37,723 nucleotides of DNA, taken from NCBI RefSeq assembly GCF_004010195.1, contig NW_025215255.1, forward strand, positions 40,037-77,759, written 5' to 3'. Both the position numbers and the translations under genes were made by a program. The stretch comes from Chiloscyllium plagiosum (taxonomy: Eukaryota). The notes under the pieces are model-generated. The model saw only the letters and a list, made by a program, of their open reading frames with translations, did not search any database and was not told where the DNA came from. Of this stretch, positions 1 through 11,854 are shown in pieces; within the stretch, counting starts at the first letter, position 1; the number at the start of each line of letters is the position of its first letter.

Positions 1-158
1 CAAACTGGACCATGTGCGATCTACATGAACATTCTCTGGAATAGATGATAATAGACTGTATGCTGTATGCAGCATCATTGCTGTGGTTGTGCACAGTGTC
101 TTTCATTAGCAAAAGAAAACGTGCCCGCTTTATAATTTGATGACGTCTTTACATGTGT
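1..158 (-). pseudogene. Decayed exon-like segment of unknown family, paralogous to 14500-14723 and truncated by the window edge
   Basis: Bases 1-16 (caaactggaccatgtg) are identical to 14567-14582. GCATCATTGCTG and the minus-strand ACGCAG acceptor-like end are also shared. The minus translation TCKDVIKL*..HNHSNDAAY..CSCRSHMVQF has stops and a frameshift. Confidence 0.35.
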
Positions 159-249
159 CTGCGTAATTTTTATAAATGGGTTGATATCTTCATAATATTT
201 GTGTTTCTATCAACAAATCACATTCATTAAAAATTCTCTAACTTTAGTC

Positions 250-915
250 TCCTGAACAAGAGAAAATATGTATCCAGCTGAAACACTTCTCCGAAAATCG
301 TGCTTCAATAAGATTTCTCATCTAAGACCTTAGCAGATAATCCCCGATAACAAAAGGCCTTCATTTCAGGAATGAGTAAAGGGAAGCATATTTGAACACC
401 TTCGAAAGGAATTACATCCTTTTTTTTAGTTTAGAGGATCAAAACTGCACCCAGTGTATCTGATGTGGTCACAGCAATGCCCTGTACAGATGCAGTAAAC
501 CATTCCTGATTAAACCCAGTACCTGTTGCCACAAACAGCATCATTCCACTTCCCTTTCAAATCACTTGCTACATCTGCGACATGCTTCATATGATTCAAG
601 TACCAGGAATATGAAAAACATCTGAATCACAGAGTTCTGCGATCTCACTCCATTTAAATTGTTTCCTACTGTTCTATCCTTCCTACCACAATAGATAACT
701 CACGTTATATTATTTCTTCTGAAGGTTTGCTCACTAACCTTCCCTGTCTATAATCACAATGCAGATTCACTACATTCATTTGAAGATATGTTGAATGATC
801 ATCTTGGTGTACAAGGCAATTCAGCTTTCATCCATTCAGTCCCTTCATCCAGATATTTGACATCGATTATTGATCATTGATGACCCCAAAGTGATTTTAT
901 GAGGCAAAACTAGTT
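250..915 (-). mobile_element. Highly degenerate CR1-like LINE ORF2 fragment
   Basis: The reverse complement near 440-505 corresponds to the CR1 LYRALVRPHLEYCVQFW motif seen intact at 30540-30590; many stops. Confidence 0.7.
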
Positions 916-959
916 ACAGTTTTGTAAAAATATGCGTTTATCTCTACTGCGACAGCATC

Positions 960-1850
960 CCTGTTCCTTTGCAGCAGTTCAGGCGGGTTGAATGGCCTCC
1001 TACTGGGCTGCGTAATGTACTTAACGAGCTGAATTGCTTCTTTCTATATTCCTGTGTAACTCCTTTGAGGGGCAGAATGGTCTCCTCCCATCTCATTGTA
1101 ACGATCCTGTGTGGCTGAATGGGGTGGGCCCCTACCCTGTAACAGACTCGGGGGGTGGATTGAGGAAACAGCACATAGGGTAGGGGCACAGTATATCTCT
1201 GTAACAGCGTCGAGGGCTGGATTGAAGGAACAACACATTGAATAGGGGTGGCAGATGACCATTCGGCTGCACCATTCAGAGTGCTTATGTCTGATCCGAT
1301 TGTGTCTGACCATCCATCGCCTGTCTGTTCCCAATAAACTTTGACTCTTTTGTCCAGCAAAGATCAGTCGAGCTCAGCCTTGAATATCTTCAATAACCGA
1401 GTCTTCACTGCTCCCTGAGCATGAGAACACCACAGGTAGCACAATACTAAAGGGAAAGGGATATCCTTATTTCATTGTGGGACCAATTATTTTAAAACTG
1501 TGTTGACCTCACATCAACTCACTGCCCCTTTTCGGATATAAGGATGCAATAACTAGGAATAGACAGAAACCATTCCGCCCTTCAACTCTGTCCCACATTA
1601 CCACTGACTCTTTCCAATCAGATATGTATCAAATCCAGCCTCTGCTGCTGTCTCAGGAAGAGAATACCTGATAGCATTACACCACACGAGCATTAAAGAA
1701 AGAAACAGAATTAGGCCATTTGGCCCATCAAGTCTGACATGCTATTCGATCATTTCTTATAAGTTCCTCAACATCACTGCCCTACCTTCCCCCTAGAATC
1801 CTTGATCTCCTCATGAATCAAAAACTTATTTATTTGTGTCTTAAGGACAC
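960..1850. mobile_element. Cluster of decayed CR1-like 3'-tail fragments in both orientations
   Basis: Repeated variants of GGGCTGAATGGCCT and its reverse complement (aggccatttggccc near 1713), matching the 3' UTR of the young CR1 at about 31070-31090. Confidence 0.55.
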
Positions 1851-1852
1851 CA

Positions 1853-2075
1853 GTGTCTGTCTTTGTGTGTGTGTATGTGTGCTTGTTATCTGTGTATTTC
1901 TGTGGCTACGTCTGTCTGTCTGTGTATCAGCCTGTGTGTTTCTATCTGTGTTTCTGCCTATTTGTGTGTGACTGAAAATGTCTCTGTGTGATTCATTGTG
2001 TGTGTATGCCTATCTCCTTGTATGCATTGTGCACGTTAGTATATTGTGGTGTTTACCAATACTTCTGTGTATTTC
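1853..2075. repeat. Degenerate (TG)n/(TCTG)n low-complexity tract
   Basis: Runs of tgtgtg and tctgtg are directly visible. Confidence 0.85.
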
Positions 2076-2443
2076 TATGCCTGCATCTCAGTGCAATGGG
2101 ATATCTGTTCTTTTGCGAGTGAAAGAGATGAGGTTGGAAGTGACAGTGGGTTTAAATTGAGAATTGTTCTTTACTGAATATTGCACCTCATTCGGTTGTG
2201 GGACGTGGATGTTTCAGAATCCCCACACAAGGCCTCCTGGTCCTCTCTAGCTCTTTCCTGGATGCTCCGCACATGTCAGGGTAGGGGGCTGAGGGAACGG
2301 ATATCGGGCACTCCTTGCTGTCCAATTCCAGGCTGTTTCTCCGGGAATGGGAGAAGAGGATGGAAGCAATGAGGGTGGGAGTGGGTGTCCCTGCTGTTAG
2401 TGCTGGAGGGTAAGGGTGAGGCGTCCGGAGGGAGTCTGACCAC

Positions 2444-2708
2444 AGTGTTGTATCCATGCCGTGTTATTAGTGTGCGGGGCCATTGTGTCAGTGACAGAAA
2501 AAGTGGGGGAGGGAAGTTGCTGAATGCAATAGTGAGAATGGTCGTGCCTGAGCCTTATTTGGAGATAGAGTGTGAGCCTTGTTCGGGGGTAGGTGTTATA
2601 ACAGATATACAGTGAGTGTGAGGGAGCAGTGAGAATACGATGACTCTTATCCTGGCAGAGCGGGGAGGATTTTGATGCTTGTCCTGTATTGCTGACCAAT
2701 TCTTCAGA
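2444..2708. repeat. Non-transposon segment paralogous to 16110-16350
   Basis: Shares agtgttgtatccatgc, ataacagatatacagtgagtgtgagggagcag, cttatcctg(g/a)cagagcgggga, tgatgcttgtcctgt and ttcttcaga in the same order. Confidence 0.9.
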
Positions 2709-2929
2709 ACATCTAAGCGTCGAGGTGAGCCTCCCAAACGTCTTGTCCAAGTCTATCACAAATAACTTCTCAGACCCTGTCCCTCAGATTCCACAGAATC
2801 AGTTTGGTGGATCTTATAAATAGCAAGGCGAAGTAAACGTTAGTGTGTAATATATCAAGACCAAAACTGTTGCGCAAATACTTTGCATCATATGCTCTGG
2901 AAATTGGATATGCAAGTATGTGCAAGGCG

Positions 2930-3260
2930 AAGCAATGACATAGTGATATTATCGCTGGTATCTTAGGCCAGAGACCCAGGTAATGTTCTGAGTACCCGAG
3001 TTCGAATCCTGCCATGGCAGATGGTGGAATGTGAATTCAATAAGTATCTGGAATCAAGGGTTTATGTAATCCATTGTCGATTGTTGGAAAAACTCATCTG
3101 GTTCACTAATATCCTTTAGAGAAGGAAACTACTGTCCTTTCCTGGTCTAGCCTGCATGTGACTCCAGACCCAAGGCAACGCTGTTGACTTTTAACTGCCC
3201 TCTGCCATGGGCAATAAATGCTGGTTATAAATGGGACACCTTCATCTTGTAAATGAGTAA
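2930..3260 (+). mobile_element. tRNA-derived SINE
   Basis: B-box-like GAGTTCGAATCC at about 2998-3009, preceded by an A-box-like TGACATAGTGA. The body resembles an abundant chondrichthyan SINE (from recall). Confidence 0.7.
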
Positions 3261-3329
3261 CAAATAATACTGGATGGTGTCAAGTTACATCGAAACTGCG
3301 TTAACTAAGTGACTGCTCATGTTGTGAAA

Positions 3330-3520
3330 ACTAAATTCCATAAGTATATATCGGGTAGTTGGAGAGAATGTTGTGAACCAAACTAGAGAGCAGGTTATTT
3401 CGGATTTGGTGCTGTGTGGTCAGGAGAACTAATACCTAACCGTGCGCTGAAGCAGAATTGAGGAATTGTGACGCAATATAGAAATTTTGAACATTATAGT
3501 CAAACATCGAGGAAGCCTGG
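3330..3520 (+). mobile_element. CR1 APE-endonuclease fragment
   Basis: gaaccaaactagagagcaggttatttcggatttggtgctg reads approximately as EPTREQVISDLVL with a frameshift, matching the CR1 EPTR-xx-A/V-ILDLVL motif. Confidence 0.55.
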
Positions 3521-3597
3521 AGGCTAGAGGTTCAAGTTAGTTCCAGTGAATTGGAAAGTTAAATATAACATTCAGTGAGAGACAAGCAATGGTTGGT

Positions 3598-5150
3598 TGA
3601 GTCATAGAGTCCTATAGCACAAAGGTATTCCCTTTGGCCCAACGTTGTCCATTCCGAACAAAAGGTTCATACACACTAATCCCATTTTTCATGATATTGC
3701 CCGGTATCCTTCCAATCCTTTCCTAACCAAGTATTTGTCCAAATGCCTGTTAAATGTTGTTAATGTACGCACCTCAACCACTTTCACTGGCAGATCGTTC
3801 CATATGCGTACTACCATGTGTGCAAAAAAAATGATCCTCAGGTTCCCTTTTATTCATTCTCCTTTGACCTTAAGCTGACGCCCTCGAGTCCGGTATTGCA
3901 CAACCCTGGGGAAAAAAGACCGAGTGGATTCAGTCTGGTCATGCCTCCCATGATCTTATACACTCTAACAGATCCCCATCAGTCTCCTACACCCTAAAGT
4001 TAAAACTTTCTAGCTTGTCCAACCTCTCCTTAAACTCCATACCATAAAGTCCTTGACAACATTCGTGTAAATTTGTTGTGTACTCTTTCCAGTTTAATAG
4101 CATCCTTCCTTGAGCAAAGTGAACAAAACTGAGCATAACGCTACAAGTATGGCCTCACCACCATCCTGTATAACCGCAACATAACTCCCCAACTTCGATA
4201 TTCAATGCTCAGGCTGATGAAGGTCAGGGTGCCAAAAGTCTTCTTCACTGCTTTATCTAGCTCTGAATCAACTTTCAGAGATCCGTGCACCTGAATTCCA
4301 GGGTCTGTCTGTTCCACTACAACCCTAAAGGCCCAACCATTCACCATGAAACTCCAACCTTGAATTGACTTTTCAAAATGCAAGATCTCACATTTATACA
4401 TATTCAATTCAATTTACCATTTCTTGGCGCAATTCCCAACAGATCAAGGTCCTGCTGCAATTTCTGATAACCTTCCTCACTGTCCACGAGACCACATTAT
4501 TTCGTGTCATCTGCAATCTTACTAATCGTGCCTTGTACATTCTAAACTAAATCATTATACATATAACAAGCAGTAATGGTCCCAGCACCGACCACTGAGG
4601 CACACCACTAGTGACAGGCCTCCAGTCTGACAAGAATCCTTTCCACTATTACTCTCTGCTCCCTCCCATCAAGACAATTTTGTGTCTAATTTGCTATGTT
4701 CCCTCTCCACTCCATGCAATCTACCCTTCCAGAGTAGCGTACCAACTGAACCGTTATTGAAGGCCTTACTAACATCAATTGGACTACGTATACCACCCTG
4801 CCTTCGTCAACATTGCTGGCCACTTCATCAAAGAACACTAATAAATTTGTCAGCCATGATGTCCCACAAAGTCGTGCTGACTGCTTCTAATCACACCCTG
4901 CGTTTCCAAATATGCGTTTATCTTATCGCTCAGAATCTTCTCAAGTACCTTGCCCACTACAGATGTCCGGTTTACTGGTCTATAGTTCCCAGGTTTTTCT
5001 TTGTAGCCCTTCATGAATAAGGGCACAGCATTCCCTGTCCTCCAGTCATTTGGGACCTCACCCATGGCCTGCGATGATGTAAACATATCTGCCAGGCCCC
5101 CACAATTCCTTCTCTATCCTCTTACAAAGTCCTTGGATATATCTGGTTTA
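3598..5150 (-). mobile_element. 5'-truncated CR1-like LINE (RT region and 3' end)
   Basis: ORF-track peptides GEVPNDWRTGNAVPLFMKGYKEKPGNYRPVNRTSVVGKVLEKI and KCEILHF..LYRMVVRPYL; the 3' terminus lies near 3600. Confidence 0.92.
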
Positions 5151-6600
5151 TAGAAATACTGCAAAATCTGAAACAAAAGTCAATTTCTTTAAGGTACAAA
5201 CACCCAAGAGTGAGAAAGTGACTTAATGAGTTAACATAACAAATTAAAGATTATATTAATCATAAGAAGTGACTTCAGAGGAAGTCCAGACATTGTGGAA
5301 ACCTGGGAAATGTCAGAAATTTACAATCCAGAAAAGGAGGGACATGAAACTGATAAGGAAATCAAAAAGCAAACATGCCTGCTAACAAACAGGAATTCAA
5401 AGACTGCATCAATCTACGATCTATATTTCAAAGGAAACAAAATAAAAGTAAGGTCAAATGTGGAATTTATAATCGCGAGATGAGATATTATTATGGAGAA
5501 CAGGGAAATGGTCGAAAAATAACCAGTTACATTGCATCTGTCTTCATGGGGGAAGAGCCAGAAAATCACCCAGAAATACCAAGTGATCATATCGGCCTTC
5601 AGGAGCTAAAGGCATAAAGTCAATTCATATCAGTAACAAGGTCGTACTTGAACAAGGAGCTGGATTGGGTATTGCTAAGTCTGACAAAACAGATCTACTT
5701 CCTATCAAAATGTCAGAAATAAATCAGCAATAGAAATATTAATTGCACTGTCGCTGACTGTGTTCTAATTTCCTGTACATTCCAAAGAGGCTGGAAAGCC
5801 ATTGTAAATAAATGGAAGGTAATAAACGTGATCCAAGCATGGTAGGTAGATGAATGGAATGGATCCAGACATCTAGAAAGGGAAAAAGTGATAGTGTGAA
5901 GAAATGCAGACCAATTAACTTGACATCTGTAGAGACTCTTTTGGAATCTATGAGACAGAATGCGATATTTGATATTTAGAAATTAACAGCAACATTGGAG
6001 AGAATCAGTAAACATTTTTGAAAGGAAATCATACTTAATAGCTTCGGAATTATGTAAGTGGAAAGTTGAAGGTGGGTTCACCTTCAATTAAAGCAGTCAG
6101 AATATCGATGCAACAAAATGTTGAACTAGTTTCATAGTGTATTGGTGAGACTGTACCTGGAGTATTGTGTACAGGCTTGGTGAGACTGTACCTGGATTAT
6201 TGTGTACAGGGTTGGTGAGACTGTACCTGGAGTATTGTGTACAGGGTTGATGAACCTGTACCTGGAATATTGTGTACAGTTTTGGTGACCTAATCTGAGA
6301 AAGAATATACTGACCACAGAGGAAGTGCAATGGACATTCTCCAGGTTCGTCCCTCAGATGGCGAGATTGTCTGATGCTCTGTGTACTCTTCGTTTTCAAA
6401 GAATGAGAGGTGATCGCAGTGAAATTTTGAAAATTTACGAAACATATGACAAGGTGGAAATAAACAGGATGTTTTTCTAGCTGTCTACTCGACATTTAAG
6501 GCACAAAAATGGCAGGATAAGGGACAGGCCATTTAAGACTGCAATAAGGAAGAAATTCTTCAATCGGAGAGGACTGACTAATACAGCGGCATGGAAATCT
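5150..6600 (+). mobile_element. Degenerate CR1-like LINE ORF2 fragments
   Basis: Peptide remnants YIASVF (ORF 5375-5617), CRPINLTSV near 5905-5930 and LVRLYLEYCVQ near 6142-6290. Confidence 0.7.
6142..6289 (+). repeat. 35-bp tandem repeat, 4 copies plus a partial, inside the CR1 fragment
   Basis: ttggtgagactgtacctggagtattgtgtacaggg-like units start at 6142, 6177, 6212 and 6247. Confidence 0.95.
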
Positions 6601-6719
6601 ACTGGCACGGCAAGTTTAGGGAGAATCCCTAGGCATTTAACAAGTGTGCCAAGTGGAACAGAATAACCATTGAATAGGTAGGAGTCATTAGTGACCTGCC
6701 AAGTTGCATCTAAATCAAC

Positions 6720-7350
6720 TTCAGTGGTGGGAGTAAGAGGGTGGTGGTACAAGCCTGTTGGTGTGACTGGAGGCCGGTGTCTAATGGTGCACCATAGGGA
6801 TCAATGTTGTGTCCCTTATCATTTGTGATTCGGAAATGCCAGTGTTGGACTGGAGTGGACAAAGTTAAACATCACACAATACCAGGTTTATTCCGAGGCA
6901 CGAGCTTTCAAAGCGCACAACTACCTGGTGAAGAAGCAGCGCTTCGAAAGCTAGTGCCTCAGAATAAACCTGTTGGGCTATAACCTGGTGTTGTGTGATC
7001 TATAACCTTATTATTTGTCATATCCATAAATGGTGTATCTGTGAATATGGACGAGGGGTGGGGAGAGTGTGATAACTAATTTTGTGTTTGATACAACGAT
7101 TGACTGGGTGGTTGTCAGTGAGGAGGAAGGTCTAATGTTCCAGGAAGATGCAGATGGACAGATCAGTAGCAGATGGAATGCAACCCTGATAAATATGAGG
7201 TGATGCACTTTGGAAAAAGGAAGCAGACAGCGGAATACTCAGTGAATGGCAGCGCACTAGGGAGCTCAGAGGGAGCTTCTCCACACATCCCTCAATGTGA
7301 CGGGACAGGTTAATACACAAGTTGAAAAAGCAAAGGGTAGCGTAAGAATA
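6720..7350 (+). mobile_element. Degenerate CR1 RT fragment interrupted by a short Penelope-derived element
   Basis: DWRPVSNGAP*GSMLCP (the SGVPQGS motif) precedes the insertion. A decayed KFADDTK region and KYEVMHFGK follow it. Confidence 0.75.
6835..7008 (+). mobile_element. Short palindromic Penelope-derived element with a degenerate hammerhead core
   Basis: Inverted arms atcacacaataccaggtt / aacctggtgttgtgtgat and ggcacgagctttc / gaaagctagtgcc; CTGGTGA-AGAAGC-AGC-GCTTC-GAAA at 6925-6949. Confidence 0.65.
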
Positions 7351-7357
7351 GCATTTA

Positions 7358-7722
7358 TTCAAAGTTTGTGCGAAGATTTGTAGCTCGGATGCTCGTTGTT
7401 GTGGTTCTGTTCGCCGAGCTGGAAGTTTTTGTTGCAAACGTTTCGTCCCCTGTCTCGGTGACATCCTCAGTGCCTGGGAGCCTCCTGTGAAGCGCTTCTG
7501 TGGTGTTTCCTCCGGCATTTATAGTGGCAAGTCCCTGCGCTTCCGGTTGTCAGTTTCAGCTGTCCGCTGTAGTGGCCGGTATATTGGGTCCAGGTCGATA
7601 TGTTTGTTGATGGAGTTTGTGGGTGAGTGCCATGCTTCTAGGAATTCCCTGACTGTTCTTTGTTTGGCTTGCCCTATAATGGTAGTGTTGTCCCAGTCGA
7701 ATTCATGTTGCTTGTCGTCTCC
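7358..7722 (-). mobile_element. Penelope-like element 3' fragment (GIY-YIG C-terminus and tail)
   Basis: The minus strand reads DDKQHEFDWDNTTIIGQAKQRTVREFLEAWHSPTNSINKHIDLDPIYRPL, typical of the PLE endonuclease C-terminus, followed by a hammerhead motif. Confidence 0.85.
7434..7473 (-). ncRNA. Minimal type I hammerhead ribozyme motif (Penelope-associated)
   Basis: Minus strand GCA-CUGAGGA-UGUCACCGAGACAGGGGAC-GAAAC-GUU-UGC: CUGANGA and GAAA cores, stem II GUC/GAC, stem I GCA/UGC, palindromic AAACGUUU. Confidence 0.7.
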
Positions 7723-7724
7723 TA

Positions 7725-7948
7725 GATCTATTATTCTGTTAAGTTACCCAATAGAATTACGTTATTCTAAATTACTCTTTAATTTCATCTTTCATGTTTA
7801 AATAAATGGTGTTTACTTCACACCGAATAGTTTTACCAGTCACATTGCATCTGCAACAGACACTACATTTCCTTTAAAATAAGAAAACATTAGAGTCTCG
7901 GCTACCGCCTTCAAATATTTGCGAGGGGCTCTGGTGTGGTCCATCACC
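7725..7948 (+). mobile_element. Possible LTR 3' remnant
   Basis: AATAAA at 7801 and an ending ..ggtccatcac (..catcaca in the duplicate copy) resembling shark LTR termini (from recall only). Confidence 0.35.
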
Positions 7949-8149
7949 CTAGACTCCTTCTCTTCCTGAGTAAAAGGCTGGAGGCACTGAATGGGCTGTC
8001 CCTGTTCATCTCCAATAGTGTCAATGGGCTGAATGGCTTCCTCATATTCCTGTGAAACCAGCGTTAGGTGCTGAATGAACTCTTATTTCACTGTGGCAAT
8101 GCGCAATGTCAGGCAGTGCTGTCACATGAATGTTATTGATACTTTAACA

Positions 8150-8520
8150 GCACAAGCCTGAATGGAGCCCGGGTCTTGCTGCACATGGACACAGACCAGT
8201 TCAGGAGCTGACGGGGGACAAAATGTTCTGAACATTGTGGAATCTTCGGTGACCATCCCCACTTCTGATCTTATGGTGGGGAGGTGAGAGTGGGGAGACA
8301 TTGATGAAGCAGCTCAAGATGTTTGTGAAGAGGAAGCTACCCTGAGGATCTCCCACAGAGGTGACCCAGGACTGAGGTGATGAACATCTTCCTTTGTGCT
8401 ATGTTTGATACCAAACACTGGACAGTTTACTCTGATTCCCATTAAGTCCAGCTCCTTGATGTCAACAGAAGTCAACCATTGCCTTGATATCTGGGCCTGT
8501 CATTTTTATCTGAAACCCTG
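8150..8520 (-). mobile_element. Degenerate L2/CR1-clade RT fragment
   Basis: Minus-strand remnants GDPQGS..SCFIN and SEVGMVTEDSTMF (a decayed FADD motif). Confidence 0.65.
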
Positions 8521-9637
8521 TATCAACCACTTTTGTTCGCATCAATAAGCCATGATATAGGAGCAGCACGTGTGTTCTCCAAACAGGTGGTATTGAATGT
8601 CAGGATTTCTCTTCTCAAGAGTGTTCGGGGAGCGAGATGACTGAAAGTATTTGAGGATGAAATAGATGGATATTGACCTGTCAGAGGGTTGAGGGCGATG
8701 AAGAATTGGGTTTGAAAGAGGATTTGAGGCCAGGAGCAGATCAGCCATGATCTTAGTGAAGGGCAAAGCAGGTTTGGGGAGTGAACCAGATGCNNNNNNN
8801 NNNNNNNNNNNNNNNNNNNNNNNNNNNNNNNNNNNNNNNNNNNNNNNNNNNNNNNNNNNNNNNNNNNNNNNNNNNNNNNNNNNNNNNNNNNNNNNNNNNN
8901 NNNNNNNNNNNNNNNNNNNNNNNNNNNNNNNNNNNNNNNNNNNNNNNNNNNNNNNNNNNNNNNNNNNNNNNNNNNNNNNNNNNNNNNNNNNNNNNNNNNN
9001 NNNNNNNNNNNNNNNNNNNNNNNNNNNNNNNNNNNNNNNNNNNNNNNNNNNNNNNNNNNNNNNNNNNNNNNNNNNNNNNNNNNNNNNNNNNNNNNNNNNN
9101 NNNNNNNNNNNNNNNNNNNNNNNNNNNNNNNNNNNNNNNNNNNNNNNNNNNNNNNNNNNNNNNNNNNNNNNNNNNNNNNNNNNNNNNNNNNNNNNNNNNN
9201 NNNNNNNNNNNNNNNNNNNNNNNNNNNNNNNNNNNNNNNNNNNNNNNNNNNNNNNNNNNNNNNNNNNNNNNNNNNNNNNNNNNNNNNNNNNNNNNNNNNN
9301 NNNNNNNNNNNNNNNNNNNNNNNNNNNNNNNNNNNNNNNNNNNNNNNNNNNNNNNNNNNNNNNNNNNNNNNNNNNNNNNNNNNNNNNNNNNNNNNNNNNN
9401 NNNNNNNNNNNNNNNNNNNNNNNNNNNNNNNNNNNNNNNNNNNNNNNNNNNNNNNNNNNNNNNNNNNNNNNNNNNNNNNNNNNNNNNNNNNNNNNNNNNN
9501 NNNNNNNNNNNNNNNNNNNNNNNNNNNNNNNNNNNNNNNNNNNNNNNNNNNNNNNNNNNNNNNNNNNNNNNNNNNNNNNNNNNNNNNNNNNNNNNNNNNN
9601 NNNNNNNNNNNNNNNNNNNNNNNNNNNNNNNNNNNNN

Positions 9638-10688
9638 AATAAACCTGTTGGGCTATAACCTGGTGTTGTGTGATCTATAACCTTATTATTTGTCATATCC
9701 ATAAATGGTGTATCTGTGAATATGGACGAGGGGTGGGGAGAGTGTGATAACTAATTTTGTGTTTGATACAACGATTGACCGGGTGGTTGTCAGTGTGGAG
9801 GAAGGTCTGATGTTCCAGGAAGATGCAGATGGACAGATCAGTAGCAGATAGAATGCAACCCTGATAAATATGAGGTGATGCACTTTGGAAAAAGGAAGCA
9901 GACAGCGGAATACTCAGTGAATGGCAGCGCACTAGGGAGCTCAGAGGGAGCTTCTCCACACATCCCTCAATGTGACGGGACAGGTTAATACACAAGTTGA
10001 AAAAGCAAAGGGTAGCGTAAGAATAGCATTTATTCAAAGTTTGTGCGAAGATTTGTAGCTCGGATGCTCGTTGTTGTGGTTCTGTTCGCCGAGCTGGAAG
10101 TTTTTGTTGCAAACGTTTCGTCCCCTGTCTCGGTGACATCCTCAGTGCCTGGGAGCCTCCTGTGAAGCGCTTCTGTGGTGTTTCCTCCGGCATTTATAGT
10201 GGCAAGTCCCTGCGCTTCCGGTTGTCAGTTTCAGCTGTCCGCTGTAGTGGCCGGTATATTGGGTCCAGGTCGATATGTTTGTTGATGGAGTTTGTGGGTG
10301 AGTGCCATGCTTCTAGGAATTCCCTGACTGTTCTTTGTTTGGCTTGCCCTATAATGGTAGTGTTGTCCCAGTCGAATTCATGTTGCTTGTCGTCTCCTAG
10401 ATCTATTATTCTGTTAAGTTACCCAATAGAATTACGTTATTCTAAATTACTCTTTCTTTGGTTTAATTTCATCTTTCATGTTTAAATAAATGGTGTTTAC
10501 TTCACACCGAGTAGTTTTACCAGTCACATTGCATCTGCAACAGACTCTACATTTCCTTTAAAATAAGAAAACATTAGAGTCTCGGCTACCGCCTTCAAAT
10601 ATTTGCGAGGGGCTCTGGTGTGGTCCATCACACTAGACTCCTTCTCTTCCTGAGTAATAGGCTGGAGGCACTGAATGGGCTGTCCCTG
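9638..10688 (+). repeat. Copy 2 of the ~1.04 kb duplication, an entire contig between two gaps; includes CR1, Penelope and hammerhead (10109-10148, minus) copies
   Basis: Offset 2675 from copy 1; the ORF-track peptides MPEETPQKRF.. and MKRFCGVSSG.. are duplicated. Confidence 0.97.
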
Positions 10689-11854
10689 NNNNNNNNNNNN
10701 NNNNNNNNNNNNNNNNNNNNNNNNNNNNNNNNNNNNNNNNNNNNNNNNNNNNNNNNNNNNNNNNNNNNNNNNNNNNNNNNNNNNNNNNNNNNNNNNNNNN
10801 NNNNNNNNNNNNNNNNNNNNNNNNNNNNNNNNNNNNNNNNNNNNNNNNNNNNNNNNNNNNNNNNNNNNNNNNNNNNNNNNNNNNNNNNNNNNNNNNNNNN
10901 NNNNNNNNNNNNNNNNNNNNNNNNNNNNNNNNNNNNNNNNNNNNNNNNNNNNNNNNNNNNNNNNNNNNNNNNNNNNNNNNNNNNNNNNNNNNNNNNNNNN
11001 NNNNNNNNNNNNNNNNNNNNNNNNNNNNNNNNNNNNNNNNNNNNNNNNNNNNNNNNNNNNNNNNNNNNNNNNNNNNNNNNNNNNNNNNNNNNNNNNNNNN
11101 NNNNNNNNNNNNNNNNNNNNNNNNNNNNNNNNNNNNNNNNNNNNNNNNNNNNNNNNNNNNNNNNNNNNNNNNNNNNNNNNNNNNNNNNNNNNNNNNNNNN
11201 NNNNNNNNNNNNNNNNNNNNNNNNNNNNNNNNNNNNNNNNNNNNNNNNNNNNNNNNNNNNNNNNNNNNNNNNNNNNNNNNNNNNNNNNNNNNNNNNNNNN
11301 NNNNNNNNNNNNNNNNNNNNNNNNNNNNNNNNNNNNNNNNNNNNNNNNNNNNNNNNNNNNNNNNNNNNNNNNNNNNNNNNNNNNNNNNNNNNNNNNNNNN
11401 NNNNNNNNNNNNNNNNNNNNNNNNNNNNNNNNNNNNNNNNCTGGATTTTCCAATTACATTTCCCAAATCACCTCCAAGCCTGTGTGACAGTCTTGAGGGA
11501 CTGAATGGTCTCCTCTGTTTCTGTGCACCAGTTTATAGGAGTAAGTGGCCTCCAACTGTTCCTGTCTAGCAGGTATGAGGGGCTGAATGGAACACAGGAA
11601 CATGGGACTGAGGAGCAGGAGTGGGTCATTAGATACTTTGAGCCTTCTCCAACAGGCAGTAAGATTGTGGCTGATCAGGTTGTGGTCTCAGCCCCACTTT
11701 ACTGTGTGTGTCCCATTATCCGTGACTCACTTCCCTGTCAAATATTTAACTAATGCAGCTTTCAATCAATGTAAACATAGAGGCACGATAAACTTCCAGA
11801 GAAGAGAAGTACTACTTGAAAGGACCTTACAGAATTTTTCATCATTCCTCTTAT

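Larger units (their letters stand above)
6963..8004 (+). repeat. Copy 1 of a near-identical ~1.04 kb direct duplication
   Basis: Matches 9638-10688 apart from a few substitutions and a 9-bp indel. Confidence 0.97.

Noticed and set aside
92..119. Perfect CACAGTG heptamer as an RSS
   Set aside because: The nonamer match is poor (AAAAGAAAA), there is no upstream V-like YYC, and the paralogue at about 14662 has CACAGAG.
2441..2500. CACAGTG and CATTGTG as RSS heptamers
   Set aside because: There is no convincing nonamer at 12 or 23 spacing and no adjacent V or J coding sequence.
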